From a virus, in the IMG/VR virus record IMGVR_UViG_3300028534_000008, positions 1 to 44,530 of that record: a stretch of 44,530 nucleotides of DNA. The stretch is one strand, 5' to 3'. Below are positions 9,837-19,870 of the stretch, in pieces. A program made the position numbers and the translations under genes. Within the stretch, counting starts at the first letter, position 1. Each line of letters starts with the position of its first letter. The notes under the pieces are model-generated. The model was not told the origin of the DNA, searched no databases, and saw only the letters and a program-made list of their open reading frames with translations.

Positions 9837-9872
9837 GTGTATAATTAAATTGAAAACATATAAACAAAGCAT

Positions 9873-10505
9873 ATGATTGAACTTTTAAAAGATACACACG
9901 AGTTAGAGCTGGTTGTTAAGAAGAAACGTTTTTTATTCAGATACAATGATGCAACACTTAGGGAGTTAATAGAGTTCAGAAAAATGATTGACGAAGATTT
10001 AAACCTTTCAGAATGGCTTTTTAAATTCTTAAAAGAACACTATGTTAAGCATGGTATAATTAAATTAGGGTTTAGTAGAAGATTATTTAATAAAATAAAT
10101 CAATACCAAATAAATCTAATTTTATCAGAAGTTGTTGATAAATGGAGTGCTGGTATGTATGGAAAAGAGCAGGAGGAAAAGAAAGTAAAAAAGGATGATG
10201 ACTTTTTCACGCAAGAAGCAAATGATCCAGATAGTGCATTAATAATGAAATTAGTAGAGAAATCTAATGAGACGCTAGATTCATTGCTTGATAAAACATG
10301 GAGAACTGTTAAATACATGTTAGAAGGGATTGTATGGAACATACGAAGTGAAACAGAAGAAGGTCAAAAGAAGAATATGCAAGAGGCTGCAAGAAAGAAT
10401 GCAAAAGAAAATGGTATAGACGCAAATGCATTATTAAGAGATAGGCTTGAAAAATTAAAAGATAAACGAAAAAGAGAGGAGGAGCTTGGAAACAATATAA
10501 ACTAA
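9873..10505 (+). CDS. Tail assembly chaperone (210 aa) with candidate internal -1 frameshift site
   Basis: It is the only ORF between the major tail and tape-measure genes. In-frame A_AAA_AAG lies at 10187..10193 (codons gtA AAA AAG). See findings. Confidence 0.6.
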   Translation: MIELLKDTHELELVVKKKRFLFRYNDATLRELIEFRKMIDEDLNLSEWLFKFLKEHYVKHGIIKLGFSRRLFNKINQYQINLILSEVVDKWSAGMYGKEQEEKKVKKDDDFFTQEANDPDSALIMKLVEKSNETLDSLLDKTWRTVKYMLEGIVWNIRSETEEGQKKNMQEAARKNAKENGIDANALLRDRLEKLKDKRKREEELGNNIN

Positions 10506-10515
10506 TAAAAAATAA

Positions 10516-13500
10516 ATGTCTGATAAAGTAGTTATAGGCTTAACGCTTGATACACGTCAATTCGATAAGGATTTGAAAAATGTAGAAAATAATCTAAAAG
10601 ATTTTAGCAAGAAGCAAAGAGCTAATACAAAATTAAGTTTACAGGTTAGTCTTGCACATTTACAAAGCGACCTAGCTAAAGCACGTGCAGAGGTTAGGAA
10701 GTATAGGAAAGCTGGTGATAAAGAAGCTGAAATTAAAGCATCATTAAAGGTGCAAGGACTTGAAGCTAGTGTAAAAAAAGCAAAAAAATCATTAAAAAGC
10801 TTAGATACAAGTACAAGTAAAACTAAAAAAGGATTTTTTCAGCTAAATGGTGTAGCTAAAGGATTATTGCAAGTTATAGGTATAGCTAGTGTATTCAGGG
10901 CAATTGGTGTTGCAGTTAGGTACATGACAGATGCTATAAAAGAATCTGTTAAGGCTGCTATAGATTTTGAGCATTCATTTGTAGGGATAAGAAAAACAAC
11001 TACTGCAACTGAAAAAGAATTCAAGCAATTAGAAAAACAATTTAGAGCGTTGGCAAAAGAGATTCCTTTATCTGTAAATGAATTAAATAGAATTGGTGAA
11101 TTAGGTGGACAACTAGGTGTTGCCAAAGATGAGCTTGTTGATTTTACAAAAACAATTGCAGCAATTGGTGTATCTACAAATTTAAGTACAGAAGAAGCTG
11201 CAACAGCGTTAGCGAGAATTGGTAATATATATCAAAAAGGTGCAAAAGATGTTGATAAATACGGTGCTTCAATAGTTGATTTAGGAAATAATTTTGCAAC
11301 TACTGAAAAGGAAATCACTACATTCTCTACAAGAATAGCTGGTGCTGGTAAAGTTGTTGGATTATCGGAATCTGATTTGTTTGGTATCGGTACAGCATTT
11401 ACATCAGTTGGTGTACAAGCAGAAGCTGGTGGAACTGCGGTACAAAAGGTTTTGTTTGGAATTAGTAATGCTGCCAATAATGGCGGAGAATCATTAAACA
11501 AGTTTGCAAAAGTATCTGGCATGAGCGCTAAAGAATTTAAGGCGCTATGGGAAACAGATGCTGCTGGAGCGTTTACAAAATTCATAGAAGGTCTTGGTAA
11601 GAGCGGGAAATATGGGCAACAGGTACTTGGTGAGTTAGGATTAGAAGATCAAAGGTTGGTAAGAGGGTTCTTAGCTGTTGCAGGTGCTGGAGATTTAATG
11701 AGTAGATCTATAAGTACTGCTAATAAAGCGTTTGTTGAAAACAAAGCGTTAACAGAAGAGGCTGGTAAATTCTACGCAGATGCTAAAAATCAAATTCAAT
11801 TATACAAGAATGAAGTAAATGATTTGCGAATAACATTTGGTAATTTTTATTTAAAAGCTATATTACCTTTTTATAAAGGCATGAAAAATATAGTTAAAGG
11901 AATGAATGATTTCTTCAGTAGTAGTGATAGAATGAAAAATTTCATGACAGGTTTAGGTGTGGCTTTATTCCCAGTTGTGCTAGCTTTTAAAGGTATAGTT
12001 GGTGGTGTTAAATTTTTAGTTTCCGCATTTACAGGCATAGTTAGTGTAACAGTCAGAATGATTGAATTGTTTGGTTCATTAGCAATAGGGATAAAAGATT
12101 TAGTATTGCAAATACCGTTGGCAACAGAAGCTTTTCATGCACTAGGTTCTGTAGTTGGATTTGTTAAAGATGTTATAGGTGCATTTGCAGATGGTATACA
12201 TGCGTTTGCAGATGGGATTGGTGAATTAATAGATAAAATAGGAGATTTATCAAAGAGCGAAGAAGAATTAGCTGCAAAAGCAGTCGAGTCACAGAAAAAA
12301 TATATAAAGTCAGAGTACGAGAAAGCTATTGCTAGTGGCAAAACTACTGATTCAATTTTAAAAGATTTAAAACGTGAAAGTAAAGCTAGGGATAAAATTG
12401 TTATTGAAATGAAATCTGCACAAGGTGAAGAAAAAAAGGTATTACAAGAAAGGTTGGCTTATCAAAATCTATGGGTCGATGAAGTTACAGGGTTATTAAT
12501 ACAAGCAGCTAAAGATTCAGGAGATTTAGGAAAAGCATTCAGTATAGCATTTGCAGAAAGCTCTACAACTACAGAGATGCTTGGTAAATTAAAAAAGGCT
12601 GGAATAGATGTTTCTGACAGTGCATTAGCAGGGCTGCTTAAAAATGCTTCTGAAGCTGGAGATATTGGTACAACGCACGCATTATTATTTGCATATGGGA
12701 TAGAAGATGAAATCCCAAAAGCTGTTGAAACTGCGAGTGATTTAAAAAAATGGACTATTGACGCATTATCACTTAGAAGGGGTGAGCTTGTACAAATAGG
12801 TAAGAATACAAGGGCTGCTGGTAGAAATTATGTTGCTGGTATAATGAATGGTTTGAGTGAAAAAACTCCAGCATTAGCTAAAATGATAAAAGCAATAAGT
12901 AATTTACTTGGCGCTACTGGAAGATCGTTATCTAAGATAAACAAATTAATGCCAAATGTTGCTGGAATAAAAACAATAGCAAGTGGTTTAGCAAGGTCGT
13001 TTGATCCTGTATACGCAGAAATAAGAAATATAGATGCGGCAATAGCACAATTAGACACAAAACAACAAGATTTAGATTTTGGCGGAGCAGGCGGAGGTGG
13101 CGGAAAATCTAAGACTGACAAAGAAGCAGAGCAGGCTGCCAAAGATTTAGATGAACAACAAAAGGCATTTAATAAAACATTAGAAGAATCACAAAAGATT
13201 GCAGAAGAAGCTTCTAAATCGCTTGAATCAATGTACGATGAAGCTTTAGATAGTATTGAAAGTGCGTTAATAAAACAAGATGAATTAACTCAATCATTAT
13301 CTGATTACAAAGCGGAAGCTGATAAAAAACTAACAAAAACTGCTGCAACTGCTGAATTAGATGACAAGGAGGAAATTGCTAATATAGATGAAAAAATTGC
13401 TAAATTAAAAGCTGATTTAAATGATAAAGACGCTGATTCAAAATCTATAAATGAAAAGATAAAGGATTTACAGGATGAAAAGAAAAAGATAGAAGATGAT

Positions 13501-14244
13501 TTACTATCAATACAAGAGTATAAAAACTCATTAAGTGAAGATGAACTTGCAACAATTAAGCAAATACAAGAGGTTGAAGAAAGGCGTAAAAATGCTGCTG
13601 GTACATTTGAATTAGCACAGATAGACACAGAAGAAGCTAAGAAAGCCAAAGAGGCAGAGATTCAACTTGAGATAGATAAACAAAATAAGATTATAGATAT
13701 TCAAAATAAATTCCTTGAGCTTTCAAAAAATACTGATGAAGATGTAATGAAAAAGAAAGCTGAACTTACTGAAGTTTTGACTGCGACTACTAAAGAGGAG
13801 ATGGAGAAAAGGGCGCAATTACTTGAGGAGCTTGGGTTTAATGAGTTATCAGCTGCGGAAGAATTAGAACTTGCTAAACAAATAGCTAGACAAGTTGAAC
13901 AGCAGCAAATAATTGGTGAACAGGTAAATTTACAAAAAACACTACTTGAGACTAAGGTTGAATTCTTAAAGAAGTTTGAAGGTAAAAACAAAGAAAGTTT
14001 AGATGTTTTAAAAGCTCAAACAGACGAGCTTATAAATAAATACAAAGAAGCAACAGCGGCTTTGAGGAGCTTAATATCAGCGCAAGCAACAGCGGCAAAA
14101 GATGGTTACGGATTAGGTGGATTTGCTGGGGCTGCTAATAAACCTAGTGAGCCAGCTGGTGGGACTGTAACAAATACTTATTACATAAGTACTGAAAAGG
14201 TGGATCAAGATTTCTTAGACAATATAAATTCTCAAGGTAACTAA
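10516..14244 (+). CDS. Tape measure protein (1242 aa)
   Basis: Longest ORF, in the canonical position. Has a central hydrophobic/Gly-rich segment and a long K/E-rich coiled-coil C-terminal third. Confidence 0.85.
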   Translation: MSDKVVIGLTLDTRQFDKDLKNVENNLKDFSKKQRANTKLSLQVSLAHLQSDLAKARAEVRKYRKAGDKEAEIKASLKVQGLEASVKKAKKSLKSLDTSTSKTKKGFFQLNGVAKGLLQVIGIASVFRAIGVAVRYMTDAIKESVKAAIDFEHSFVGIRKTTTATEKEFKQLEKQFRALAKEIPLSVNELNRIGELGGQLGVAKDELVDFTKTIAAIGVSTNLSTEEAATALARIGNIYQKGAKDVDKYGASIVDLGNNFATTEKEITTFSTRIAGAGKVVGLSESDLFGIGTAFTSVGVQAEAGGTAVQKVLFGISNAANNGGESLNKFAKVSGMSAKEFKALWETDAAGAFTKFIEGLGKSGKYGQQVLGELGLEDQRLVRGFLAVAGAGDLMSRSISTANKAFVENKALTEEAGKFYADAKNQIQLYKNEVNDLRITFGNFYLKAILPFYKGMKNIVKGMNDFFSSSDRMKNFMTGLGVALFPVVLAFKGIVGGVKFLVSAFTGIVSVTVRMIELFGSLAIGIKDLVLQIPLATEAFHALGSVVGFVKDVIGAFADGIHAFADGIGELIDKIGDLSKSEEELAAKAVESQKKYIKSEYEKAIASGKTTDSILKDLKRESKARDKIVIEMKSAQGEEKKVLQERLAYQNLWVDEVTGLLIQAAKDSGDLGKAFSIAFAESSTTTEMLGKLKKAGIDVSDSALAGLLKNASEAGDIGTTHALLFAYGIEDEIPKAVETASDLKKWTIDALSLRRGELVQIGKNTRAAGRNYVAGIMNGLSEKTPALAKMIKAISNLLGATGRSLSKINKLMPNVAGIKTIASGLARSFDPVYAEIRNIDAAIAQLDTKQQDLDFGGAGGGGGKSKTDKEAEQAAKDLDEQQKAFNKTLEESQKIAEEASKSLESMYDEALDSIESALIKQDELTQSLSDYKAEADKKLTKTAATAELDDKEEIANIDEKIAKLKADLNDKDADSKSINEKIKDLQDEKKKIEDDLLSIQEYKNSLSEDELATIKQIQEVEERRKNAAGTFELAQIDTEEAKKAKEAEIQLEIDKQNKIIDIQNKFLELSKNTDEDVMKKKAELTEVLTATTKEEMEKRAQLLEELGFNELSAAEELELAKQIARQVEQQQIIGEQVNLQKTLLETKVEFLKKFEGKNKESLDVLKAQTDELINKYKEATAALRSLISAQATAAKDGYGLGGFAGAANKPSEPAGGTVTNTYYISTEKVDQDFLDNINSQGN

Positions 14245-14255
14245 CAAAAATAATT

Positions 14256-15152
14256 ATGATATGTAAAAACTTTATATACAACGGATACGCAATCCCATAT
14301 TCACCAGAAGAAGCACGATTAGCTGGCTGGTATGGTAGTGTACAATGGACTAATGTTTCCACTAGAAATAAAGGAACTGCAAAATTAGATTGGCACGGTA
14401 GATTCTATGACCCAACATTTGCCGATGAAAGATTTATTACCATAGAGGGGGAAATTTTTGAACAAGACCAATGCAAACGTGATCAATTAGTGTTTGAGTT
14501 AAATAAAGCATTTAATGTTGCAACATTCCCTGCGGTTGATGAGGAATGGAAACGGTTAGATTTTGAGGATAACTGCGGAGAAGCGTATTTTTTTACATGC
14601 AAGGTATACAAAACGATGCAAATTAAAAAAGTTACTGGATGTAATAAAGTTTTAAAGTTTACAATAACACTTGTATCAAAAGACCCATTTTATAGATCTA
14701 GTAAACCAGAGGTTAATATTGTTGATTATTCTTTATATGGAGGTATACATTTAGATAGCGATGTTCATGTAGGTGAAAACAGTGTACTACCAGACGCCAT
14801 GCGGCATTTAGCTCCTGAAACAATTGTAAATAACGCTGGCTCATTCGGTGCGCCAACAGTATTCACATTACAAGGTGCAGTCAACAAACCAATATTTATA
14901 AATTATACTAACCAAATGTTCTACGGTTTAGATTTAAATTTATCAGCAACAGATACATTAGTTATAGATGCTGAAAATGGAACAGTAGAGGTTAATGGTG
15001 GTGACGTATCATCATATAGAATGCCAGGGTCTAATTTGGTATTCTTAGATGTTGGAGACAATTATTTAGGGTGGGTAAATAATATGTATGATTATGATAC
15101 GTACGCTACAATGCAACAGGCACAGGTTGAACACTATGTAACTTATTTATAA
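14256..15152 (+). CDS. Distal tail protein (Dit-like, 298 aa), by synteny
   Basis: Immediately follows the tape measure gene. Its size is typical of siphovirus Dit. Confidence 0.55.
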   Translation: MICKNFIYNGYAIPYSPEEARLAGWYGSVQWTNVSTRNKGTAKLDWHGRFYDPTFADERFITIEGEIFEQDQCKRDQLVFELNKAFNVATFPAVDEEWKRLDFEDNCGEAYFFTCKVYKTMQIKKVTGCNKVLKFTITLVSKDPFYRSSKPEVNIVDYSLYGGIHLDSDVHVGENSVLPDAMRHLAPETIVNNAGSFGAPTVFTLQGAVNKPIFINYTNQMFYGLDLNLSATDTLVIDAENGTVEVNGGDVSSYRMPGSNLVFLDVGDNYLGWVNNMYDYDTYATMQQAQVEHYVTYL

Positions 15153-16219
15153 TGGATTTAATAGTAAAAGTAACAAGAAATTTTACAGACGGTATAACAG
15201 AAATTTACAAACCTATAAATTTAAAATATGAAGACAGCTTGTTTTCTAGTGGCAGTATGAGTTTTGAAGTGCTTACAAGGAGTGATGATTTAAAAAATCT
15301 TGATTTATTTCAAAAAATAGAATTATTTTATCAATACGAAAATACAGAATATTCAATATGGAATGGGTATATTTCTAACATAAACGTAAAACTACCTAGA
15401 ACAATAATTAAATGTTTACAAAGCAAAGAGTACCTTAAAAGAAAGCAAGTATATTCATCTACACAGATAAACGGAACACCGCAAGAAATAGTACAACCAT
15501 TATTAGATGATGTTAATTCACGCAAAGGTGCAAATGAGGCAAATTTAACATTCTCAAGTGATATAACAGATGTGTATCAATTCAAAGCGTCTAAAGGTAC
15601 ATTACACTCAGCTTTAACATCACTCGCTACACTATTTAAAGCACAAATGGTTGTTGAGAAAAATACTATATACTTCCGAAAAAGAATTGGGCAAGACAGG
15701 CTTAATTCACCAGATTTTGTAGAGGTTGTCTCAAGTTTGCACAATCCTATGTTTAATACGCTAGCTGATGTAGATGTTAACCTTTCAAGTAATACACTGC
15801 TTACTAGAGCAGTTATTAAAAACAACAATGGTGGTGTTAATAGAATAAGGAATACTGAAACATACGGGTCAATAGAGGGGGAGGCATCTGTAAACGATGG
15901 AGATATTGACGAGTTGGCAGACGCATATATTGATAAATATTCACAACCAGTAAAGGTATATAAAATAAATGTTAACGATAGGAGTATAGGTGTTTTAGAT
16001 GTTTATATAGGAGACACTGTTTGGTTGCGTGTTGAACAAGATATAGAATTGATAGACACATTTGAACCGTACAGAATCACTGGAAAAACAGTTGATTTTA
16101 AATATGGCAAACCTAGAGTTAGTTTAAGTTTAAGTAATAAGGATTTAAGCGAGTTAAGATTAAAAGATGTACTTGGTGATATGATGGAAAGAATAAAAGG
16201 ACTAGAAAACAAGATATAA
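15152..16219 (+). CDS. Tail-associated hub protein (Tal-like, 355 aa), by synteny
   Basis: The ATG overlaps the Dit stop (ATAATGG). Second gene after the tape measure. Confidence 0.5.
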   Translation: MDLIVKVTRNFTDGITEIYKPINLKYEDSLFSSGSMSFEVLTRSDDLKNLDLFQKIELFYQYENTEYSIWNGYISNINVKLPRTIIKCLQSKEYLKRKQVYSSTQINGTPQEIVQPLLDDVNSRKGANEANLTFSSDITDVYQFKASKGTLHSALTSLATLFKAQMVVEKNTIYFRKRIGQDRLNSPDFVEVVSSLHNPMFNTLADVDVNLSSNTLLTRAVIKNNNGGVNRIRNTETYGSIEGEASVNDGDIDELADAYIDKYSQPVKVYKINVNDRSIGVLDVYIGDTVWLRVEQDIELIDTFEPYRITGKTVDFKYGKPRVSLSLSNKDLSELRLKDVLGDMMERIKGLENKI

Positions 16220-16268
16220 AGGCGTGTTATAATTAAATTGAACAATAAATATTAATAACTAAAAATAT

Positions 16269-18158
16269 ATGGCAGTAGTAGTACCAATATTAGACGGTAA
16301 GAATGTAACTAGGGATTTCGGTATTCAAGGAATGCAGAGTGCAATTTTATCAGACGGAGTATGGAGAGGGCATAGAAATGAGTGTTTAGTAACAGCGGGG
16401 CAAGTTGAAACAGGTGTTTGTTTTGTAAAAGTTACGCGTGACAATATTACTCCTAGTGAGGAGTTCACTGTGCCAGTGTCGATAACAAGTCAAACTGCAG
16501 TTGATACGTCTACAGATGGATACATAATAATAAAACTTGATGATTCAAAGGTTAATCTAGGGCTTACAAATTCACCAAACGGAGACAACATAGCAACAAT
16601 AGAAAACGTATCTGTATTGCCTAGTAAAAATTATTTTGTATTAGCAGAAATAAGTGGGGCAACAATACATAATCCAAACGATAGGTTCGCAAAAATTAAT
16701 CTTGGTATGGTTCAGGCTACTGAATATTATGGTATGGATATAAGTTACACTTCTGATATAATAGAGGCTGACATTTTTGGGATAGACAAATTAGAGGATG
16801 GAGCTGCCTATAAAATAAAAGTTGCAAATGATAACACTGGTGCATGTACTGTTAATATAAACGGTTTTGGAGCTAAAGATTTGAAGAAAATGTTTGACAA
16901 AGATGTTCTTATAGGAGATATAAAAGCTGGTCAAATAGTTAAATTTGTGTACGATGCTGATAATGATTATTTTCAAATGACTTCTCATAGGGCGCAAAAG
17001 GATTCAATAATTTTAGAGCCTAGACTGTTTGATTATGGGAATGGTGAGGATGGTGATGTTACAATAAGTTCAAACACTACGTTAAGTAGGGATATGTATT
17101 ATAATAACCTAACAGTAGATAACGGTATTACACTACATTCCAATGGTTATAGAATTTTTGTTAGAGATACATGCACTATAAACGGTACTGTGGAAAATTC
17201 TGGCGGAAATGGCGGAAATGGCGGGAATGGTGGTGTAGGAAGTGCTAGTGGCGGCGCAGGCGGAACTGGCGGAACAGGAGGAAGTGGCGGTGCAGGTGGA
17301 AGTGCTGGTACTCTGCCAGTAACCTCAAGTGGTATGAGAGGTTCTGATGGGGCTGCTGGAGGACATGGTGTCGGTCAAAATTCAAATGGACAAGATGGAT
17401 TACCTGGTGTCACAGGTGCTGACAGTAATGGAATGACAACGTTAATACATACAAATGTAACAGCTGGCATAGGCGGAAATTCTGGAGGGAAAGGTGGAGA
17501 CACGGCTTATAATGGTGGCAATGGAGGGGGAGGTAGTGCTGGTGGATCTGCTATAGCATCTTCATTAATACATACTCGTATATCTACGTATGAAAATGCT
17601 GTTAATCTTGCAGAGTTCCACAATGGTGCATATACTCAATATATTGTGACGAACGATACTGCTGGTGCTGGGACTGGCGGAGGCGGAGGTAGTGGAGCAA
17701 CTGGTAATGGCGGCAATTCTGGTGGTGGTGGTGGATCTGCCGGCTCCGGTGGAGGAGGAGGTGCTGGTGGAGTTGTGTTTATAGCGGCACAAACACTTGT
17801 TATTTCAAACACTGCATCTGTAGAGAGCGTCGGTGGAAATGGTGGAAATGGTGGTATAGGTGGAGATGCTGGCGCGTCTGGAGGAAGTGCGTCTGGTGCG
17901 GCTGCCGGCTCTGGCGGCGGCGCTGGTGGGACTGGTGGAAATGGTGGGAATGGTGGGTGTATAGTCATGGTATACAACAGTGGAATAATAAATGGTACAG
18001 TAAGTGCGGCTGCCGGCGCAGGCGGAACTGGCGGAACAGGAGGAAGTGGCGGTGTTAAGTATAACACTGGCGGAGATGGTGAAGACGGTAGTGCTGGGAA
18101 TGACGGTGTAGATGGATTTGACGGACTTGTAGTTATTCTAGAAAACCCATACTCATAA
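16269..18158 (+). CDS. Glycine-rich modular distal tail/receptor-binding candidate (629 aa)
   Basis: The N-terminal ~300 aa are ordinary. The C-terminal half has three modules of a hydrophobic strand + INGTV/ISNTA + GGNGGNGG... tracts, plus short G-X-Y runs (GQDGLPGVTGAD; GEDGSAGNDGVDGFDG). Contains a 41-bp exact internal repeat. Confidence 0.55.
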   Translation: MAVVVPILDGKNVTRDFGIQGMQSAILSDGVWRGHRNECLVTAGQVETGVCFVKVTRDNITPSEEFTVPVSITSQTAVDTSTDGYIIIKLDDSKVNLGLTNSPNGDNIATIENVSVLPSKNYFVLAEISGATIHNPNDRFAKINLGMVQATEYYGMDISYTSDIIEADIFGIDKLEDGAAYKIKVANDNTGACTVNINGFGAKDLKKMFDKDVLIGDIKAGQIVKFVYDADNDYFQMTSHRAQKDSIILEPRLFDYGNGEDGDVTISSNTTLSRDMYYNNLTVDNGITLHSNGYRIFVRDTCTINGTVENSGGNGGNGGNGGVGSASGGAGGTGGTGGSGGAGGSAGTLPVTSSGMRGSDGAAGGHGVGQNSNGQDGLPGVTGADSNGMTTLIHTNVTAGIGGNSGGKGGDTAYNGGNGGGGSAGGSAIASSLIHTRISTYENAVNLAEFHNGAYTQYIVTNDTAGAGTGGGGGSGATGNGGNSGGGGGSAGSGGGGGAGGVVFIAAQTLVISNTASVESVGGNGGNGGIGGDAGASGGSASGAAAGSGGGAGGTGGNGGNGGCIVMVYNSGIINGTVSAAAGAGGTGGTGGSGGVKYNTGGDGEDGSAGNDGVDGFDGLVVILENPYS

Positions 18159-18165
18159 AAATATT

Positions 18166-18192
18166 AGCCCAACTAAAAATTGGGCTTTTTTC
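18166..18192 (+). terminator. Rho-independent terminator ending the tail operon
   Basis: agccca-(9 nt loop)-tgggct followed by T6. Confidence 0.7.
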
Positions 18193-18207
18193 TTATATAA
18201 AAATAAG

Positions 18208-18216
18208 TGGTACAAT
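18208..18216 (+). promoter_or_regulatory. Candidate extended -10 promoter (TGgTACAAT) for the lysis cassette
   Basis: TG-n-TACAAT lies 29 nt upstream of ATG 18245. The same TACAAT(G) -10 recurs at 19894 and 24545. There is no good -35. Confidence 0.35.
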
Positions 18217-18244
18217 GTAACTGAATTACGTAACATTAAAAAAT

Positions 18245-18418
18245 ATGGATGAAAAACAACTAAACATGTTAAAAGAGTTTTGTATAATTGATGAAAATAG
18301 TACAAGGCAAATGGTTGGAGACAAGGCGCTTATAACATTTGTTAGAAACGGTATTATATATAACGAAATGGTCGATGCAGAAATGTACGATGATTTTGAA
18401 ATGTGTAAGGAAGTATAA
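18245..18418 (+). CDS. Small hypothetical protein (57 aa), below the ORF-track cutoff
   Basis: Hand-translated as MDEKQLNMLKEFCIIDENSTRQMVGDKALITFVRNGIIYNEMVDAEMYDDFEMCKEV, stop TAA 18416..18418. Fills the gap before the endolysin gene. Confidence 0.45.
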   Translation: MDEKQLNMLKEFCIIDENSTRQMVGDKALITFVRNGIIYNEMVDAEMYDDFEMCKEV

Positions 18419-18432
18419 ATTAATTAATTAAC

Positions 18433-19116
18433 ATGAGATTACCAGTTGACTTTAAAACTAATAATAACGGTTATGAGTATCTTGATTACGTTGGCAATAA
18501 CACACTTCATAGTGGCAGAGATTTTAACTACGGCTCTGGATCTGATGATTATGGGCTTCCGACTTACGCTATAAGTGACGCAGAGGTTGTTTATATTCAT
18601 AACTACAACAAATACAATAAATGGGATAGATGGGGAAACGTTATAGTGCTTTATTTGCCAAAATATGGAGTTTGGTGTAGGTATGCACATTTAAAAGATG
18701 TAAATGTTAAAGTTGGAGATAAACTAAAAGAATCAGATATAGTTGGGCATATTGGAGGAACTGGGCGATGGGTAAGTCATCTTCACTTTGATATAGTTTT
18801 GAAAAAGATTCCTACATGGTTGAGCTATACAAAAAACTGGAGTAAATACAAAGTTCAAGAGTATTATGCAGATCCAGAAAAATGGATTGAAGAAATGAAA
18901 AAAGAAGAAGAATCACAAAAACCGTCAGAATTACCAGAAATAGCCAAATGGTGTAAAAAGATGAACATTATATCGAAATGGTCTCAAAAGCCGTCAGATG
19001 ACGAGCTAAGGGCTGGCTACATTGCTTATAAGACACTTTGGCACGCATTACCACCTGCTAAAAGAAAGAAGCTTTGTACGATTAAAGAAATTAACAAAAC
19101 TATGCCTAAAATATAA
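18433..19116 (+). CDS. Peptidase M23 family endolysin (227 aa)
   Basis: Has HSGRD (HxxxD), YAHL and SHLHFDI (HxH) zinc-site motifs in the canonical M23 order. Adjacent to the holin gene. Confidence 0.85.
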   Translation: MRLPVDFKTNNNGYEYLDYVGNNTLHSGRDFNYGSGSDDYGLPTYAISDAEVVYIHNYNKYNKWDRWGNVIVLYLPKYGVWCRYAHLKDVNVKVGDKLKESDIVGHIGGTGRWVSHLHFDIVLKKIPTWLSYTKNWSKYKVQEYYADPEKWIEEMKKEEESQKPSELPEIAKWCKKMNIISKWSQKPSDDELRAGYIAYKTLWHALPPAKRKKLCTIKEINKTMPKI

Positions 19117-19129
19117 TTAACAATATACT

Positions 19130-19393
19130 ATGGAAATTTTACAAAATGCAGATATTATAGCTGCTATCGGATTAACGTCTACAACGATTATTGGACTGTT
19201 AAAGGCTGCGGGTATGCCAAAAAAATACACTGGATTAGTTGCAAAATTAGTACCTGCAATATTTTCTTTACTTGTTGCATTCATGGCTAACCATGGACTA
19301 ACCAACCAAATAATGGATTTTGCAGTAATAATGACTGGAGCATTTGGAACAAGTACAGCTATTTATAAGCTACAAAAATCATCTAAGAAGTAA
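19130..19393 (+). CDS. Holin (87 aa)
   Basis: Several hydrophobic segments (IIAAIGLTSTTIIGLL, LVPAIFSLLVAFMA, FAVIMTGAFGTSTAIY) and a charged C-terminus KLQKSSKK. Resembles phiLC3-type holins. Lies next to the endolysin. Confidence 0.65.
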   Translation: MEILQNADIIAAIGLTSTTIIGLLKAAGMPKKYTGLVAKLVPAIFSLLVAFMANHGLTNQIMDFAVIMTGAFGTSTAIYKLQKSSKK

Positions 19394-19417
19394 GCCCTGG
19401 GAGAGTTAAGCATATAA

Positions 19418-19442
19418 AAGCACCTTGTAATGAGGTGTTTTT
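19418..19442 (+). terminator. Rho-independent terminator after the holin gene
   Basis: aagcacct-(7 nt loop)-aggtgttt stem running into a T-run. Confidence 0.6.
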
Positions 19443-19510
19443 AAAATGTATAATAAAATAAATCGTTAGAGGTATTCTGATTGTGCAAATACTTCTTAAC
19501 AATTTTATAG

Positions 19511-19534
19511 AACCACGTTCAAGCGTGGTTTTTT
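19511..19534 (+). terminator. Second tandem rho-independent terminator
   Basis: aaccacg-ttcaag-cgtggtt gives a perfect 7-bp stem followed by TTTT. Confidence 0.7.
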
Positions 19535-19618
19535 AAAACATTAATAGTATATTATGCAACATTTTTAATTTATTAGTTTATTATTGTAAAATAAATTAAA
19601 CTATTGGCATAAGGTAAA

Positions 19619-19685
19619 CATATATAATATATATATATAATTTATTTATTATATATATATTATTATTATATTATATTATATATAG
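19619..19685. repeat. (AT)n/(ATT)n low-complexity tract
   Basis: catatataatatatatatataatttatttattatatatatattattattatattatattatatatag lies inside a 670-bp ORF-free region. Confidence 0.9.
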
Positions 19686-19870
19686 TACACATTTCCTTTT
19701 ATTATATCACAAAAAATATAATTTTTTACAAAAAATATAAAAATAAAAATAAAAACACATGGGGTGTAATAAAATAAATTAAAAAATTTGAATAAAATGG
19801 CTTTCTTATGGGTAAAATCTAATTTATTTAGTAAAAATAAATTAATAAATTAAAATAGATTAAAAAAACA

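Noticed and set aside
10839-13991. Several 68-117-aa minus-strand ORFs inside the tape measure gene
   Set aside because: They are low-complexity antisense frames of a long biased-composition gene. None is co-oriented with a promoter, and all are embedded in the 1242-aa ORF.
17252-18054. Diversity-generating retroelement (template/variable repeat pair)
   Set aside because: The two 41-bp copies are identical, with no adenine-specific mismatches. They are far shorter than TR/VR pairs, and no reverse transcriptase gene is present.
17636-18067. 143-aa proline-rich ORF on the minus strand
   Set aside because: It is the antisense shadow of the GGN-rich glycine tracts of gene 16269..18158 (GGN read backwards gives NCC, Pro). 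It has no independent start context and lies entirely inside a syntenic tail gene.
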